Part shown: in pieces, positions 40,008 to 49,333 of the stretch
Layout of the letters: each line of letters starts with the position of its first letter
Numbering within the stretch: the first letter of the stretch is position 1
Assembly: GCA_023266875.1 (NCBI GenBank)
Contig: JAHFOJ010000001.1
Coordinates: 12,851 to 76,850 of the forward strand
Direction: 5' to 3'
From: Candidatus Giovannonibacteria bacterium
GTDB taxonomy: Bacteria; Patescibacteriota; Minisyncoccia; JACPKW01; UBA11713
Length of the DNA stretch: 64,000 nucleotides
Notes under the pieces: generated by a model
Databases searched by the model: none
The model's input: the letters and a program-made list of their open reading frames with translations, nothing else
Told to the model about the DNA's origin: nothing
Translations under genes and position numbers: made by a program

Positions 40008-41768
40008 TTATTTTGAAATAAGAAATGAACCCATCACTAGGTAATCCATTTTTGTTTTTATAAAACAATTGTAAGCATCCTCAGGAGAAAGCACGATTGG
40101 CTCGTCAGATACATTAAATGATGTATTTATGATAACAGGTGTCCCATAAACCTTTCCAAATTCTGAAATGAGCTCATAAAAAAGAGGATTTGTCTGCTTA
40201 CTTACCGTCTGAATCCGAGCAGAATAATCTACATGTGTAACCGATGGAATATCTGAACGCACAACCTTAAGTTTTTCTAACCCAAATAATTTTTCTTCGG
40301 ATTCTTGAGGTGTTCTTCTGTGTACTTTTGAAACTTTTGCGACCAGAAGCATGTAGGGGCTTGGGCGGTCAATTTCAAAATATTCCGCGGCTTGCTCTTC
40401 AAGCACCGCCGGCGCAAATGGACGAAAACTTTCTCTAAATTTCGTCTTTAAATTTAAAATAGATTGCATCTCCGAGTTTCTGGCATCTGCGATAATGGAG
40501 CGTGCGCCAAGCGCGCGAGGACCAAATTCCATTCTACCCTCAAACCATCCGACAATCTTCCCTTCAGAAATTAATTTAGAAACCCGTCTAGCAATATCAT
40601 TTTTTAGAATTTCCTCAAATGAAATACAATTTTTAACTAAAAATATTTTAATCTGATCATCTGAATATTCTGGTCCAAGATAAGAACCATTCATTAAATC
40701 CATTTCTCCATTGACTGCTCGTGGTTTTCCCAAATAATGATGCCATGCAAAAAAAGCTGCCCCAAGTGCTCCACCAGCATCCCCTGCTGCAGGCTGGATC
40801 CACACATTATCGAAAGGACATTCGCGTAAAATTCTTCCATTGGCGACACAATTTAGCGCCACCCCGCCGGCTAAACATAAATATTTCTTTTTTGTCACCT
40901 TATGAACGTGTTGTACAACTTTGAGTATAATGTCTTCAGTGACCTCCTGAATTGAGCGCGCAATATCCATCTCACGTTGAGTAGGATTGGCTGAAGATTT
41001 TAATGGTTCACTCCCAAATAATTTATGGAATTTTCTTGAGGTCATAGTTAGTCCAGCTACATAATTGAAATATTTCATATCCATAATAAAAGAGCCGTCC
41101 TCCTTTACTTTGATTAATTTTTCTAAAATAAGATCCTTATATTTTGGTTCGCCGTAAGGCGCCAACCCCATCAACTTATATTCGCCATCATTTATTTTAA
41201 AGCCGAGATAATAGGTAAATGCAGAATAGAGTAGCCCGAGCGAATGCGGGAATTGTATATCTGCCAAAATTTGAATCTTATTATCTTTGCCTACTCCAAA
41301 ACTAACAGTAGCCCATTCTCCTACACCATCCATTGTTAAAAATGCTGCCTCAGAAAAAGGTGAGGGGAAAAAGGCAGAGGCAGCGTGAGATTCATGATGC
41401 TCTGGAAAAATTATTTTTCCATGATAATTCAGTTCTTTGCTAATCATTTCTTTCATCCATAATTTCTGTTTGATCCAAAGAGGCATAGCTTTCAGAAATG
41501 ACCTTATGCCAAAAGGAGCGGAGGAAAGATACGATTCTAAAATTCTTTCAAATTTTAAGAATGGTTTATCGTAGAATGCAATAATAGATATATCTTTTGC
41601 AGAAATTTCAGCAACAGAAAAACAATATGCGATAGCTGCTTTTGGGAAAGACTGATCATGTTTTTTTCTTGAAAACCGTTCTTCCTGGGCAGCAGCGATA
41701 ATTCTCCCATCTCTGATAATGCACGCGGCGCTGTCGTGATAGAATGCTGAAATTCCTAAAACATACAT
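40008..41768 (-). CDS. Carbamoyltransferase (NodU/CmcH family)
   Basis: Start moved to the internal Met at 41768 (MYVLGISAFYHDSAACII...AAQEERFSRKKHD), the canonical N-terminus of the family. The 37-codon upstream extension in the ORF track is rejected. Confidence 0.85.
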   Translation of the reverse strand: MYVLGISAFYHDSAACIIRDGRIIAAAQEERFSRKKHDQSFPKAAIAYCFSVAEISAKDISIIAFYDKPFLKFERILESYLSSAPFGIRSFLKAMPLWIKQKLWMKEMISKELNYHGKIIFPEHHESHAASAFFPSPFSEAAFLTMDGVGEWATVSFGVGKDNKIQILADIQFPHSLGLLYSAFTYYLGFKINDGEYKLMGLAPYGEPKYKDLILEKLIKVKEDGSFIMDMKYFNYVAGLTMTSRKFHKLFGSEPLKSSANPTQREMDIARSIQEVTEDIILKVVQHVHKVTKKKYLCLAGGVALNCVANGRILRECPFDNVWIQPAAGDAGGALGAAFFAWHHYLGKPRAVNGEMDLMNGSYLGPEYSDDQIKIFLVKNCISFEEILKNDIARRVSKLISEGKIVGWFEGRMEFGPRALGARSIIADARNSEMQSILNLKTKFRESFRPFAPAVLEEQAAEYFEIDRPSPYMLLVAKVSKVHRRTPQESEEKLFGLEKLKVVRSDIPSVTHVDYSARIQTVSKQTNPLFYELISEFGKVYGTPVIINTSFNVSDEPIVLSPEDAYNCFIKTKMDYLVMGSFLISK

Positions 41769-41823
41769 AATATCGAGTTTAGCATATTTGAAACTGTTGG
41801 CGCGAGGCGCTATTATACTTTTA

Positions 41824-43104
41824 ATGAAAAGATCAGAGATCCTCGAAAAACCGCTTAAGATTGCTGAAAAATTTTTCAAGACTGACGCAAAATATCTCGC
41901 TTCAGGCGGCTTCTGGGTAACTCTTGCGCAAATCGTAGGCCTGCCAATTACTTTTCTTATTTCACTTGCCTACGCTAATCTTCTGCCAAAAGAAATATAT
42001 GGAAATTATCGCTATATAATTTCGTTTGTAAACGCTGTTTCAATTTTTACACTGCCTGGTATGGACACAGCGATTACTCGCGCTGTTGCCCGTGGCTACG
42101 ACGGTACGTTTCGGAAAGGAGGAATGTATATATTTTTTTCATCTTTTTGCATCACACTTCTCTGCTTGGGAGCATCCGCTTTCTACCTTTTCAATCACAA
42201 TAAGACTCTGGGTTTCGCCTTCATCGTTGTTGCTTTCTTGATTCCGCTTGTTGAAGGGTTAGGAAATTGGAAAGCGTATTTGAACGGGAAAGCAAAGTTC
42301 CGTGAAAAATCAATCTATAACATTACAACAAAATCAATCTACGGGATTGCGATGTTAGGAACAATCGGGATTATCAACTACAAAAATTTATCGCTAGCTC
42401 CTGGAACCGCACTTTTAATTGCCGCGTTTTTCGCCTCACAGGGAATCCCTAATATATACTATTATTTCAAGTTGTTCCGCCGCGTGGCACCCGATGCGGC
42501 GGTTGAACCGGGCTCCGTTCAATACGGGTTTAAATTAGTCAGCTCAAACGGACTTACCAGTATTTCTACATACCTTGACGGCATACTCCTTTTTCATTTT
42601 TTAGGCGCTGCCCCACTTGCTGTTTACTCATTCGCCATTGCTATTCCAGAACAAGTTAAAACATTTTTTACGACTTTAGGAACTGTAGTATTTCCGAAAC
42701 TTGCTGTCCATTATAACGAAAAAAACGGTCATTTAAAAATTAAATCAACACTCCCACAAAAAATTCTTCGCGCTTCATTTTTCAGCATCATTGCCGTACT
42801 TCTTTATTTACTGCTGGCTCCGTTCATTTACCATATTTTCTTTCCCAGTTATTTGGATTCTGTCCGCTTCTCTCAAATATTTGCGCTCTCACTTCTTTTT
42901 ATCCCCGCTAGTATTTTCAGCGATGCTTTGAATGCAGAGGGTAACATTAAAAAGATCTATACATATAAAACTATCGCTCCAATCAGTCAAATTGCTCTTT
43001 TGGTTATCTTAATTCCGCCCTACGGTATCTGGGGCGCAGTTTGGGGGCGTGTTTTAGGCAGATTCATCAACTATCTTCTTTTACTACTGCTCTTCAAATA
43101 TTAA
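41824..43104 (+). CDS. Polysaccharide (Wzx-like, MOP superfamily) flippase
   Basis: About 12 TM helices. Start taken at MKRSEIL (41824) rather than 41788. Confidence 0.65.
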   Translation: MKRSEILEKPLKIAEKFFKTDAKYLASGGFWVTLAQIVGLPITFLISLAYANLLPKEIYGNYRYIISFVNAVSIFTLPGMDTAITRAVARGYDGTFRKGGMYIFFSSFCITLLCLGASAFYLFNHNKTLGFAFIVVAFLIPLVEGLGNWKAYLNGKAKFREKSIYNITTKSIYGIAMLGTIGIINYKNLSLAPGTALLIAAFFASQGIPNIYYYFKLFRRVAPDAAVEPGSVQYGFKLVSSNGLTSISTYLDGILLFHFLGAAPLAVYSFAIAIPEQVKTFFTTLGTVVFPKLAVHYNEKNGHLKIKSTLPQKILRASFFSIIAVLLYLLLAPFIYHIFFPSYLDSVRFSQIFALSLLFIPASIFSDALNAEGNIKKIYTYKTIAPISQIALLVILIPPYGIWGAVWGRVLGRFINYLLLLLLFKY

Positions 43105-43106
43105 GA

Positions 43107-43904
43107 TCACTTTCTAGGACGTATTGCATCCCATAGAATTGGTGGGACAATTTTTTTTATCACCTTTCTAATCTCTCCCGATTTTTTATCGTTTGGGCGT
43201 AACTGATAGAGCGTTGAGTGAGCAGAGCTAATCTCCTCTGGCGGTCGGCCATTCGAATAGTAATAGAGCGCTAAAGATTTTCTCGTCATTGTTCCCGGAC
43301 AATTCAAAGGATCAGGGTGGCCATGAAATGAAAAATCAGTTGTAGAAAAAATAACCAATCGGCCTGCCATCGGAAAAATTTTTTCTTCACATCTTTTCAT
43401 ATCCTTACTCCATAGCTCGAGCGCTCCGCCATACTCCTCTTTCCATTCTTTATTTAAATATAAAATTACGTTTAATCTGCGATCCAGATCAAGTTTCTCA
43501 TGTTTATTAAAATCGGCATGAATATCAAGCGAGCCGCCGCGCATAATTTGATGCATACCGCCGCCTTCAAAGCGCGGATCGGGAATCAAGCCGGTAATTC
43601 CCGTAAGTAGCTCTAGAAAAGAAAGAAAATTCCAGGAATTAAACTCAGCTAAAATATGACGGATAGAAAGACCCATTTGATTTTCGTCAGCCGACGTAAG
43701 CTTTTTAATACTGTGGTCGTGAGTTTTATTCTTCCATAAAATCTCTTCTGGCCCCGGAAATTCGTCTATTAATTGGGAAATGATCTCTCCAAGCAAGAAA
43801 TCATTAAATGCGATATGTGCAAACGGCTTCGCATTTTGATATTCTTCGCGATGTTCCAACGCCAAATCCTTTAATTGTCTGGGATTGAAAAAGAAAGGGG
43901 TCAC
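43107..43904 (-). CDS. 2OG-Fe(II) oxygenase superfamily protein
   Basis: 265 aa. HxD (HAD) ... H (HGH) ... R arrangement in a jelly-roll-like C-terminal half. Confidence 0.55.
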   Translation of the reverse strand: MTPFFFNPRQLKDLALEHREEYQNAKPFAHIAFNDFLLGEIISQLIDEFPGPEEILWKNKTHDHSIKKLTSADENQMGLSIRHILAEFNSWNFLSFLELLTGITGLIPDPRFEGGGMHQIMRGGSLDIHADFNKHEKLDLDRRLNVILYLNKEWKEEYGGALELWSKDMKRCEEKIFPMAGRLVIFSTTDFSFHGHPDPLNCPGTMTRKSLALYYYSNGRPPEEISSAHSTLYQLRPNDKKSGEIRKVIKKIVPPILWDAIRPRK

Positions 43905-43993
43905 GGAATTAATTGAATTATTAGCTTCTATTTAATATAATGCGATGTATATATGCTTTTAGATTATATCAGCCTAAGTTTAAATATTAAAGA

Positions 43994-44797
43994 GTGAAGT
44001 ATCTTTATATATTCTACAAAAAAATCATCACTGTTTTGGCAACGCCGGTTATGGTACGCTATTTTTTTGATAAAAAAATAGGCCGATATTACGGCTTTGG
44101 CATTCGCAAAAAATTAAAGCTACTCCGGAGCGTCCGCAGAAATGTTCGAAATATAGAAAGTGCTTCAGATTGGCAGGAACATCTCAAAATGATATCTGTT
44201 ATATTAAGCATCCCTCCTAGCATAAAAGGAGATCTGATCGAGTGTGGCACATTCAGAGGCGCAAGTGCAGCAAGCTTATCTCTTGCGGCAGCCATTACTG
44301 GCAGAAGACTTATCGTGGCAGATTCATTCGAAGGTCTGCCAAAGCCAAGAGAAAATGACCAAAAACATTTCTCTCAATTAAAAATAAAGCATAAAACATA
44401 CGAGAAAGGGCAATACACAGGAACACTTGAGGAGGTACAAAATAACATCCGCCGTTTCGGCGCGATTAAAAGCTGCGAATTTCTGAAAGGTTTTTTTGAT
44501 CAGACACTCCCATCAATTCAAAAACGCCGCTTTGTTTTTATTTTTCTTGATGTAGATTTAAGCTCCTCGCTTGAAGACTGTCTTAAAAATCTGTGGCCAC
44601 TCTTCGAGAAAAACTGCCTGCTTTTTTCTCATGAAGCACAAGACTTACCTTATATTTCGCTTTTCTTTAATGCCACATGGTGGCAAGATAATTTAGGGAC
44701 TTACGCGCCTGGTTTCGTAGGAGCTGGTACGGGTCTGCCCTTAGGTATTGCCGAAGGGTTCTCTTTAGGCTACACCGTAAAAAGTGATGCAAATTAA
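43994..44797 (+). CDS. TylF/MycF-family (macrocin-O-methyltransferase-like) SAM-dependent O-methyltransferase
   Basis: 267 aa. ...GDLIECGTFRGASA...VADSFEGLP...FLDVDL... is characteristic of TylF-type sugar O-methyltransferases. Confidence 0.65.
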   Translation: MKYLYIFYKKIITVLATPVMVRYFFDKKIGRYYGFGIRKKLKLLRSVRRNVRNIESASDWQEHLKMISVILSIPPSIKGDLIECGTFRGASAASLSLAAAITGRRLIVADSFEGLPKPRENDQKHFSQLKIKHKTYEKGQYTGTLEEVQNNIRRFGAIKSCEFLKGFFDQTLPSIQKRRFVFIFLDVDLSSSLEDCLKNLWPLFEKNCLLFSHEAQDLPYISLFFNATWWQDNLGTYAPGFVGAGTGLPLGIAEGFSLGYTVKSDAN

Positions 44798-45731
44798 CTT
44801 GCCTAAAATTAGTGTCATTGTCCCTACGTTTAATCGTGGCTATATCATCACAAAATGCCTAGAAAGTATTTGCGCGCAAAGTTTCAAAGATTTGGAGATT
44901 ATCGTCGTTGATGACGGTTCCACAGATGATACAGAGGCAATCGTAAAAAATTTCAATGATCCTCGCATTCATTATATAAAGCACCCGCAAAACAAAGGCC
45001 TTGCTGCAGCCCTTAACACTGGCTGCCAGGCCGCTAAGACAGAATTCATCGCAGAATTATCAACAGACGACCTATGGATTTACGCAGATAAACTCAAAAA
45101 AGAGTATATGTTGCTAAATAATTCGGGGCCTGAAATTGGAGCAGTTTATTCTGACACTATGAAAGAAGTTATCAGCGGAGAAAAATCGGTTGTACCCCCT
45201 CCGGAATTAGAAAATAAGGAAGGATACCTTTACGAAGAATTCTTAAAGACAAATATTACCTGCTTCCAAGCCGCATTGATCAAAAAAAGCGCGTGGCTCG
45301 CAGTCGGGGGCGTTGATAAAGAGTTATTGCGCGTTCAAGACTGGGACTTTTTAATTAATCTTTCAAAACAATTTAAATTCCTTCATTTGCCAAAGCTTAC
45401 AACAGAAGTGAAAATTTCGCCTGACAGCAACACCAAAAACCAGAAACTGCGTCTATTGTGCCGAACAAAAATTTTTGAAAAACACCGTGAAGCTTTTTTA
45501 AAACGCCGCCAAATCGCGGCCACGCATGCCTATTCAATCGGTCACGCCTGGGCGCTTTTGGGTGAAATGCAAATCGCCCGCTCTTATTTATGGCTCGCCG
45601 TAATTAAGAAACTTAATTCCAAAAATACCGCTGCTTTTATCCTTTCTCTTCTTAATTCTCCCGCAATATACAAAAAAGCGGCAGAGGTTTACACGAGAAA
45701 CCCCCACCGCTCTTTTTTTAGATTTCTTTGA
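44784..45731 (+). CDS. GT2 glycosyltransferase
   Basis: 315 aa. SVIVPTFNRG...IIVVDDGSTDDT... 14-nt overlap with the methyltransferase gene. Confidence 0.8.
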   Translation: MMQINLPKISVIVPTFNRGYIITKCLESICAQSFKDLEIIVVDDGSTDDTEAIVKNFNDPRIHYIKHPQNKGLAAALNTGCQAAKTEFIAELSTDDLWIYADKLKKEYMLLNNSGPEIGAVYSDTMKEVISGEKSVVPPPELENKEGYLYEEFLKTNITCFQAALIKKSAWLAVGGVDKELLRVQDWDFLINLSKQFKFLHLPKLTTEVKISPDSNTKNQKLRLLCRTKIFEKHREAFLKRRQIAATHAYSIGHAWALLGEMQIARSYLWLAVIKKLNSKNTAAFILSLLNSPAIYKKAAEVYTRNPHRSFFRFL

Positions 45732-46383
45732 AGTCCGGCACTCCTTTTAATCTCTCCTCGAGCATTTTCAAATAACTCGCTACACGAGAGAACTTTTTTG
45801 GAGCAATGCCTAATGCTATAGAACCAGCTGGCACACTTCGGACCACCACACACCCAGCAGCAACAAAACTGCCTTCTCCGATCGTAACCCCAGGCAAAAT
45901 TATTGCCCCCATGGCAATGTAAGCGCCCATACAAATTCGAGGTCCCTTTCTTACTTTCTTCTTCTCTGGCAACAAAGGATGCCTGTCAGAACTTATCATG
46001 ACGCCCGGGGCAATCTTTACATTATCCTCAATTTCCGTTCCTTCACCCACAAAACAATGTGAGTGAATGCGCACCGCATTACCAATGATTGTGTTCTGCT
46101 CAATCTCAGTACCAGATCCGATAGAAACATGATTGCCAATTTGGACAAATTCACGAATCAAGGCATGATGCCCAGTCGAAAAATATTCACCGATTCTGCT
46201 ACCAGTATAGAGTACGCTATGCGAGCGAATCGTGTGAAAATCGCCGATCAACAAAGTCGAGACCTTCCCTTCTTTCTCACCTCGGCACTGGTGTCCTAAA
46301 AGCACACCTTCTTCTACTGTCCCATGCTCCCCCAGAGAAACGCCTCGATACTTTCTTACTGTGGCCATAGATAAACCCTCCAA
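45718..46383 (-). CDS. Left-handed beta-helix (hexapeptide-repeat) sugar N-acetyltransferase, WbpD/PglD-like
   Basis: 221 aa. Repeated [LIV]GxxxxI hexapeptides (IGNAVRIHSHCFVGEGTEIEDNVKIAPG...). Confidence 0.7.
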   Translation of the reverse strand: MEGLSMATVRKYRGVSLGEHGTVEEGVLLGHQCRGEKEGKVSTLLIGDFHTIRSHSVLYTGSRIGEYFSTGHHALIREFVQIGNHVSIGSGTEIEQNTIIGNAVRIHSHCFVGEGTEIEDNVKIAPGVMISSDRHPLLPEKKKVRKGPRICMGAYIAMGAIILPGVTIGEGSFVAAGCVVVRSVPAGSIALGIAPKKFSRVASYLKMLEERLKGVPDFKEI

Positions 46384-46440
46384 AGAACTAGAATCAAATT
46401 TATATTAAGTTAGCATCTTTATTTACGTAAAACAAGGCTG

Positions 46441-46479
46441 AAAAGCAAAAGCCGTCTCGAATTCAAAACCCGAAACGGC
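46441..46479 (-). terminator. Rho-independent terminator after the aminotransferase gene
   Basis: On the minus strand a 9-bp stem GCCGUUUCG/CGAGACGGC (one G-U pair) is followed by TTTTGCTTTT. Confidence 0.5.
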
Positions 46480-46498
46480 TTATTTGCAAAACTACTTA

Positions 46499-47584
46499 TC
46501 AGCTTTTCCACTGATTTACAGTACAAATAACATGAGATCGCTCTTCCGCTGTCATTAATGGGAAAAGTGGCAAAGAAACAATTTTTCTAACCACTCTCTC
46601 GACCACTGGGAGCGCAACATCCACCTTGTACGCCGATTGTCGGTGAAGTGCAATCGGGTAATGTACGAGCGTTTCAATGCCTTCTTGGCGCAAGTACTTT
46701 TGTAAGCCATCCCGATTTTCTTTCACCTGGATTACAAAAAGGTGGTTGGCATTTCCAGGAATACTCGCTGGAAGATCGAGATATTCTGTCAAAATATTCT
46801 GCTTATAAACAGCGGTTCCATAAGCACGCATTTCATTATGCGCTGCGAGATGCCTCAATTTCACACGAAGTACCGCTGATTGAATCCCATCCAGACGCGA
46901 ATTGAAACCGAGAACAGAATGCGTATCTCGACCCGTGCGTCCGTGATCTCGCAATGCCCTGGCTTTTTTTGCAATTTCTTCTTCAGTTGCGATGATCATC
47001 CCGCCATCGCCGATGCCACCAAGATTTTTTGAGGGATAAAAACTGAAACATCCTACATTGCCAAGAGTTCCCACAAAAGCATTGCTGACGCGCGCACCGT
47101 GCGCCTGGCAACAATCCTCAATGACAAATAGCTTATGCGTCCGTGCAATTTCCATGATCTTCGTCATATTAGCCGGAGCTCCGTAAAGATGGACTGGCAG
47201 AACCGCTTTGGTTCTTGTAGTAATTTTTTCTTCAACTTTACTGGGGTCAATGTTACAGGTGCGCTCGTCGATGTCAATAAATACCGGCTTCGCACCTGTC
47301 CAGAGAATTGCCTCTGCTGTTGGGTAGGCCGAGAGTGCGGTTGTAATAACCTCATCGCCCTCACTAATTCCCAAGGCCATAAGCGCGATTTTTATTGCAT
47401 CTGTACCACTTCCGACACCAACGGCATATTTTGCTCCGAGATATGTTGCGAATTCAGTTTCGAATGCCTCAGTTTCAGACCCAAGAATAAACGCCGATTT
47501 CCCAAAGACACCCTCAATCGCAGCTTCTAATTCATCTTTTATACTTTGATGAAGGCGTTGTAAGTCCGCCATCGGGACCTTCAT
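46499..47584 (-). CDS. DegT/DnrJ/EryC1/StrS-family PLP-dependent sugar aminotransferase
   Basis: 361 aa. ...FYPSKNLGGIGDGGMI... lysine motif region. Conserved family N-terminus. Confidence 0.9.
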   Translation of the reverse strand: MKVPMADLQRLHQSIKDELEAAIEGVFGKSAFILGSETEAFETEFATYLGAKYAVGVGSGTDAIKIALMALGISEGDEVITTALSAYPTAEAILWTGAKPVFIDIDERTCNIDPSKVEEKITTRTKAVLPVHLYGAPANMTKIMEIARTHKLFVIEDCCQAHGARVSNAFVGTLGNVGCFSFYPSKNLGGIGDGGMIIATEEEIAKKARALRDHGRTGRDTHSVLGFNSRLDGIQSAVLRVKLRHLAAHNEMRAYGTAVYKQNILTEYLDLPASIPGNANHLFVIQVKENRDGLQKYLRQEGIETLVHYPIALHRQSAYKVDVALPVVERVVRKIVSLPLFPLMTAEERSHVICTVNQWKS

Positions 47585-47613
47585 AAAACCTCCTTATAGA
47601 TTAGTGCTGTAAC

Positions 47614-48528
47614 CTAGTCCGATCCGAGCGCAGCTTCACAAGTAAGCACTGTGTTTATGTCTTCTTCCGATTTATTCTCTGCACCATAGAAACTGCCAGA
47701 TTGATGCCGCCCAACCAAACTCACGAAATATCTGAGCTCATCAAAAAGTGGATCAACTGCCTCAAAATACTGCACTTGTGATTTGCACCCTTTTAGTGTG
47801 TTCTCCTTCAAATCAGCAAGAATTGTATCATTCTCGGCAATTACTTCTATCTCGCGCTTTTTTACGCGATTAATGCACGATAATTCCACAACCGCGTGGA
47901 ATGTCTCAAACGAAAGGAGAATGTTCGCCGAATCTTCTCGCTTCGCATCGAGTAGATTTTGCTTTCTGGCAAGAACCCCTCGTGTATTGGATCCGAAGAG
48001 AAAATTAAGCATATCAATCACATGAATGCCGAAATTGAGAATTGCTCCAGAATCAGCCCATAGACGATTCTGACCTCCCGTGTAGCGAGCATTTACGTAG
48101 TGAACTTTCCCTATCTTCGGCAGTAAGTCCTTTAACTCGATTAAAACCGGATGGAAACGATACAAATATCCAACCGATAATATCAAATTTGTTCTCTGGG
48201 CAAGCCAGAGCAACTCTTTCGTTTTCTTAGAATGAAGCGTCATTGGCTTTTCAACCAAGACATGTTTTTTTGCTTCAAATGCTGTACGCACAACTTCGGC
48301 ATGCAAGATTGTTGGCACAACAACAATTACTGCATCGACTTTTTCGAGTAAGTAGCCAATATCAGAGAAAAAATCCACTTGAAACTGCTCTGCAACCTTA
48401 GCAACTTCCCCATTGACGTCAGCAATGCCAACAAAATCGCACTCGCCCATCTTGGAAAGCAGGGAAAGTTTTTTGGCATGATTTCTGCCCCATTGGCCGC
48501 ATCCGATCAAGCCTATCTTAATCGTCAT
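47614..48528 (-). CDS. Gfo/Idh/MocA-family NAD-dependent sugar oxidoreductase (WbpB-like)
   Basis: 304 aa. Rossmann motif IGLIGCGQWG. Confidence 0.85.
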   Translation of the reverse strand: MTIKIGLIGCGQWGRNHAKKLSLLSKMGECDFVGIADVNGEVAKVAEQFQVDFFSDIGYLLEKVDAVIVVVPTILHAEVVRTAFEAKKHVLVEKPMTLHSKKTKELLWLAQRTNLILSVGYLYRFHPVLIELKDLLPKIGKVHYVNARYTGGQNRLWADSGAILNFGIHVIDMLNFLFGSNTRGVLARKQNLLDAKREDSANILLSFETFHAVVELSCINRVKKREIEVIAENDTILADLKENTLKGCKSQVQYFEAVDPLFDELRYFVSLVGRHQSGSFYGAENKSEEDINTVLTCEAALGSD

Positions 48529-48604
48529 ATTAATCCCCTTTCAAAAAACAAAATTAAATTTCCCGCCTACTCTAGCATATACAAAACAAAACAACAAGTT
48601 GCTT

Positions 48605-49333
48605 TTATCTAGCGATGCCCTCTATTTTGGAAAGAAAGTAAAATATTTTTGAGCGGTAAAGATATGTATACTCGTTTCTTATTTCTCCGCCGAAACTCAT
48701 TTTAAACTTGGTTATTCCTGCTTTCATCGAGTCTGTTAAATTTACCGCTCCTAAATCGAAACCAGCATAACCATTCTCATGTCCGTATTTACAGATCTCA
48801 TATACAATCCTCCGATTCGCAAAGCTAATGATTTGACTTGTTTCTTTTTCGCGAGCGCCTAAGCGTCTTGAAAAAATTGCTCTTGCGCGAAGATACGGCT
48901 TTGCGTCATAGCATGCCACCACAGCTATGAGGTCTTTTTTGTAATAAGCCGTAAAAAAAATACATCCTTGAAATGAATTTTTTCCTTTGGGCCGTCTCCC
49001 CTGCAATTTTTCAAACTCTTTATGAAATTCGTAGATCGCATCAAGATTCCTGTCACCTAATTTGAATTTGAGCTCCGGTATTTTCTTGGATCTCCTTATT
49101 TCATTTCGAGCAGTATCATTGAATTTCGAGAAAATAACTTCACTATCAGGTGTTAAGTCTATAACCGTGGTCTTTTTTTCTTTACGAAAATATTTTTCGG
49201 GCTCCTTAGGGCGGTCATAAAGGATCGCGCTAATAAAATGATATTTTCTAGATTGAAGAAGCGCAAGAAATTCTTGTGTTTGCAAAATCACGCGAGCTAT
49301 GCGAATGAAGCCAACCTTCCTTTCAATAATCAT
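48605..49333 (-). CDS. FemAB-like (GNAT-fold) transferase, second copy in the locus
   Basis: 242 aa. C-terminal ...GYAGFDLGAVNL...FKMSFGG... resembles the FemAB-family catalytic half. Confidence 0.4.
   Translation of the reverse strand: MIIERKVGFIRIARVILQTQEFLALLQSRKYHFISAILYDRPKEPEKYFRKEKKTTVIDLTPDSEVIFSKFNDTARNEIRRSKKIPELKFKLGDRNLDAIYEFHKEFEKLQGRRPKGKNSFQGCIFFTAYYKKDLIAVVACYDAKPYLRARAIFSRRLGAREKETSQIISFANRRIVYEICKYGHENGYAGFDLGAVNLTDSMKAGITKFKMSFGGEIRNEYTYLYRSKIFYFLSKIEGIAR

Noticed and set aside
41769-41879. 37-codon N-terminal extension of the carbamoyltransferase ORF
   Set aside because: The family N-terminus (MYVLGISAFYHDSAA) begins at the internal Met at 41768. The extension also overlaps the divergent flippase gene.
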